This document shows positions 61,601-64,000 of a stretch of 64,000 nucleotides of DNA, one piece after another. Origin of the DNA: an uncultured delta proteobacterium (GTDB lineage: Bacteria; Myxococcota_A; Polyangia; Polyangiales; Polyangiaceae); contig CAVOKF010000005.1 in the NCBI GenBank assembly GCA_963696385.1, positions 544,001 through 608,000 on the forward strand, in the 5' to 3' direction. A model generated the notes under the pieces. The model worked only from the letters and a program-made list of their open reading frames with translations. It had not been told where the DNA came from and made no database searches. Made by a program: the position numbers and the translations under genes. Positions within the stretch are counted from its first letter, which is position 1, and each line of letters starts with the position of its first letter.

Positions 61601-63428
61601 CGACGGCCACGAAGCGATCGCCGTGCTCAAAGGCCGTTCCGCGGGGCACGATACACTCGACGTCGAAACGAAGTGGCAAGCCCCGATCGCCCCATTCATC
61701 GAAGGCGCGGCCGCACCGCCGTGGAGCGCGTCGGCGAAAGCGCACTTTTCTGGATTCCCGCTGCAAACCGTTGCCTTCCTGGACGACAAGGGGGTGTCGG
61801 GGCAACTCGACGGAGATTGCACCATCGACAGCTTGCATCAGGACGCTCGAGCGTTCGCAACACTCGCTATCGACCGCCTCAAAGTGGCAACGATCCCCTA
61901 CAAATCGGGACGCATTCAGCTCGCGGCGGGCGGTCGCCAGCTCGACGCCGTGATCCACGTCGACCAAACCGACGGCTTCGCCGACGCAAAGGCGCACGGC
62001 GCGATCGACTGGGGCACGAAGGTCGCGCCCGCTCTCGATCCTTCAAAGCCTCTCGATGTGAGCCTGTCGTCCAAGAATTTTCGAATCGCGGCCCTCTTGC
62101 CTTTCGTCGAATCCGCGCTCGCCGAGCTCGATGGGCGCCTCGATGGCGATGCTCGCGTCGCGCTCGACCCGAAGACTCGTGGCGCCGCGCTTTCGGGCTC
62201 GCTCGCGCTCCGCGAAGGCAAGCTCGAAGCGGTGGCGGGCGGTGGCGAATTCCACGATATCTCGGCAAATGTTCGCTTCTCCCCCGATGGAACGATCACG
62301 CTCGACAAGCTTAAGGCTTCCGGGGTTACTGGCGCTTTCCAAGCGACGGCGTCGGCCCGCATGGCGGGAACGAACCTGCAGTCCGCGAAGGGCGCGATTG
62401 TGATCCCCAGCCGTTCGGCGATTCCGCTCAATGTGGGCGGCACCGACATCGGCACGATCGACGGACGGTTTGAAATCAGCGAATCCGCGGTGGACGGCCA
62501 AAATAGCGCGATGAGCGTTCGCGTGAACGTGCCCCAGTTGCGCGTCGTGCTTCCCGACAGCTCCCCGACCACTGCGCTTTCTCTCGGGCCGATGGACGGC
62601 GCCATTCGCATCGGCGCGCACCAAGGGCATCCAGCCACGTTCGTCCTGGTTCCCATCGACCCGATAGAAGGGTCCGATGAGCCCAAGCAAGCCCCGTCGT
62701 CGTCCCTGGCGATCGCGACGGACCTGGGCGACGTGCGCGTGGTCCGGGGGACCGACATCCAGATCGATCTCGACGGTCGCTTGAACGTCAAGACCGGAGC
62801 GACGACCGATGTGGAGGGGCAGATTCACCTAAAAAAGGGTGGCATGATCTCGGTCCAGGGCCGCAACTTTTCGGTCGAGAACGGCACCGTCACGATGGTT
62901 TCGGACCCCTCCAACCCCGAGGTCGTCGTCAAGGCCGGGTGGACGGCTCCGGACGGGACGATCGTGTACGCCAACTTCGTGGGGCCGCTCAGAACGGGCA
63001 AGGTCACATTGACCTCCGAGCCGACCTTGCCTCAGCAGGAAATCGTCGAACTTTTGATGTTCGGAACGGCGACTGGGCAGCAAGTGCAATCGCCTTCCGC
63101 CGATCCGACCACGAGCGCGATCGCTACGGCTGGCGGAGAGGCGGCACAGCCGCTCAACCACATGCTCAATCAGCTTGGGTTGGGTGCCGTGTCCGCAAAC
63201 GTCGACACGTCGCAAGCGGAAACTCCGAAGCCCGAAGTCGAAGTCCAAATCGCCCGGGACATTTCGGTCCAGATTGCCGTTGTCCTGGGCCAACCGCCGC
63301 CGGGGGTGAATCCCGACCACACCCTTCTTACGCTGGCTTGGCGCTTTCTCTCGAAGTGGTCGCTCGCGTCGACGCTGGGCGATGCCGGAACTACGATTTT
63401 CGACCTGCTTTGGCAGACGCGATACTGA
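58686..63428 (+). CDS. TamB-like translocation/assembly module protein
   Basis: 1580 aa, N-terminal TM, beta-rich body, DUF490-like C-terminus (LTSEPTLPQQEIVELLMFG); coupled to the TamA-like gene. Confidence 0.85.
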   Translation: MSTPAVLRPVDSGACPAADRHPNRVSPIRVLRWLGAFIGAAVLFALSAGVGLITQLDTPCVRKVVAAEVNGVLGPLFKGRVHVDRLGALGVLGLAGMDVTVDDPTGRPVLVARGVRGTVATFAAVRSAWLDTKHPLTIDLKEVGVDELDVRLDTDSRGELDLLDAFASKTPSTAANPNARGLRLVVGALAVRHARAHGQMAGAPSLDIAMDDFAGTLTYAPDVLQGDVSRATLAARRLAMGADVTGTLHGHVREPSDPKAKMDAWVDWQGLVAGMPHGIHATLTQDKLDATVDISRIDPESIRVLWAASPIDRSGTIHAEVHGMLPNVDATLIAALGAARLTAKARTSIGDEKRAQVSFEVADIDVHEFAASAPKSRLGLDGFARGAAKSDGTFDMDLGVRFRSGSLGAYDAPPVSITATARRTNPDTLAAHADVVVDEPAAPTRLALAASAKDSSSVLDFDLTSDVPDLDRLPQLKHLLRGAVSVRANGELDLGRSIVDGVVHARAAKIIQGATRVDRAVLDAGLRGAVADPRIDLALLAQGVAIAGRHLGRADVTVTGHVRAPHVTASVRGQDVPDVDASADLALRSGVSVRAPRIALSRSGERALVTAHDVSIDGSDIRVQGARIEGIGHPVAATFSMSPQRVRVQATATEGIDLARVGRLVHVEKTLRSGTLAFDADVTARTDGARGRASFTLSRAAIASVNDAAVHLELELEGRRVTGKAHAQAARVGSVDIDARNVAFAGAGPLTRSSWKEVSGWFGIEGRVDLAEAAALIPSQDVPLEAHGEVTFKAHGARDPGGAWTPDVGISVTTTNLQLAPGTSKERAIDGVLVLPAPRWHLQGVDFKADATLEGHTGVLELSTQARDRTGVLADLQVRSASFPYEDAFLRTGRLSTDLHDTPFDLRWVVPERGLGTWPDWVKQDIVDGRLQASVAFHGTILAPTLDLAATLKGSRFSSRAAPIDFDVHAHYDGHEAIAVLKGRSAGHDTLDVETKWQAPIAPFIEGAAAPPWSASAKAHFSGFPLQTVAFLDDKGVSGQLDGDCTIDSLHQDARAFATLAIDRLKVATIPYKSGRIQLAAGGRQLDAVIHVDQTDGFADAKAHGAIDWGTKVAPALDPSKPLDVSLSSKNFRIAALLPFVESALAELDGRLDGDARVALDPKTRGAALSGSLALREGKLEAVAGGGEFHDISANVRFSPDGTITLDKLKASGVTGAFQATASARMAGTNLQSAKGAIVIPSRSAIPLNVGGTDIGTIDGRFEISESAVDGQNSAMSVRVNVPQLRVVLPDSSPTTALSLGPMDGAIRIGAHQGHPATFVLVPIDPIEGSDEPKQAPSSSLAIATDLGDVRVVRGTDIQIDLDGRLNVKTGATTDVEGQIHLKKGGMISVQGRNFSVENGTVTMVSDPSNPEVVVKAGWTAPDGTIVYANFVGPLRTGKVTLTSEPTLPQQEIVELLMFGTATGQQVQSPSADPTTSAIATAGGEAAQPLNHMLNQLGLGAVSANVDTSQAETPKPEVEVQIARDISVQIAVVLGQPPPGVNPDHTLLTLAWRFLSKWSLASTLGDAGTTIFDLLWQTRY

Positions 63429-63588
63429 GCGCATGTGAGCCTCGGAAGAAGTGCCAGTCGGCGCGACGACGACGGTGGCGCTCGTTTCGGCGCTGCGCGA
63501 TCGACGCGGGAGCCCGCGCCCCCGCGCTTCAGCCCTCGGTTCGGCCTTGGCATCGCCCCCGACGAGAACCCGGCATCCAACCGTTAGG

Positions 63589-63999
63589 TCAGAAGATCTC
63601 GCCGGCCGTCACATAGGCACCGATAGGCACGGCGTCCGGTGACCAGGCGAGATCCGCCCGGAGCACGAATGCGGTCCCCGAGGTGAGACGAAGGCCTGCG
63701 CCCACGCCGTATTTCACCCCTACGGCGGTTCCGTCGAGTTCGGGATGCGGGCTCGTGTCTGCCCAGACGCGCCCGCCGTCCAAGAAGGCTGCGAAGCCGA
63801 GCGACATAAGCTTGGACAAGGCGTGGAAGTCGAAAACGCGCGCTCGGGCCTCGATGTTACCGATGACCTTCACTTTCCCGTAGTACCGCTGAGCCGGAAC
63901 TCCGCGGATCTCGCCGCCGAAATAGGTGTCTTCGAACCGGGGCAGTTCCGCGAAGGGGGGGCTGCCGAAAAGGACGTCACCGATGACGCGTCCTGCCAG
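63589..63999 (-). CDS. Omp85/BamA-TamA family barrel, 3' fragment
   Basis: Open to the window edge; IRGVPAQRY, FLDGGRVW, GVGAGLR, C-terminal GEIF. Confidence 0.8.
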   Translation of the reverse strand: MAGRVIGDVLFGSPPFAELPRFEDTYFGGEIRGVPAQRYYGKVKVIGNIEARARVFDFHALSKLMSLGFAAFLDGGRVWADTSPHPELDGTAVGVKYGVGAGLRLTSGTAFVLRADLAWSPDAVPIGAYVTAGEIF

Positions 64000-64000
64000 G

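Noticed and set aside
1..64000. tRNA, rRNA, integrase, transposase or prophage genes
   Set aside because: None recognised by eye; tRNAscan-SE and HMM searches would be needed to exclude them formally.

Overview
High-GC bacterial window. Gene content (eukaryotic-like Ser/Thr kinases, collagen-like protein, many sigma54-type promoters) suggests Myxococcota/Polyangiaceae, which is an inference. The left ~17 kb holds a collagen-like protein, a Ser/Thr kinase, a HipA-like kinase/DUF3037 pair, a TolC-MFP-RND efflux operon, several small genes and a GH5/START/GH38 mannan cluster. The central ~38 kb is an alpha-glucan/trehalose and stress island (treZ, malQ, treS-maltokinase, GH15, GDE, treY, glgX, hemerythrin, YihY, DUF1003). 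It is interleaved with signalling genes: a pseudokinase, an orphan PTS enzyme I, a kinase-REC fusion, a sigma54 activator, a 2,300-aa poly-HAMP hybrid kinase and two more hybrid kinases. The right end holds TamA/TamB-like genes and a partial second Omp85. Beyond the ORFs there are about 15 GG-N10-GC sigma54-type promoters, four of them placed to give near-leaderless mRNAs, two MITE-like inverted-repeat elements and several apparent frameshifts. No rRNA, tRNA, CRISPR array or transposase was recognised. All calls come from motif recognition by eye; no searches were run.
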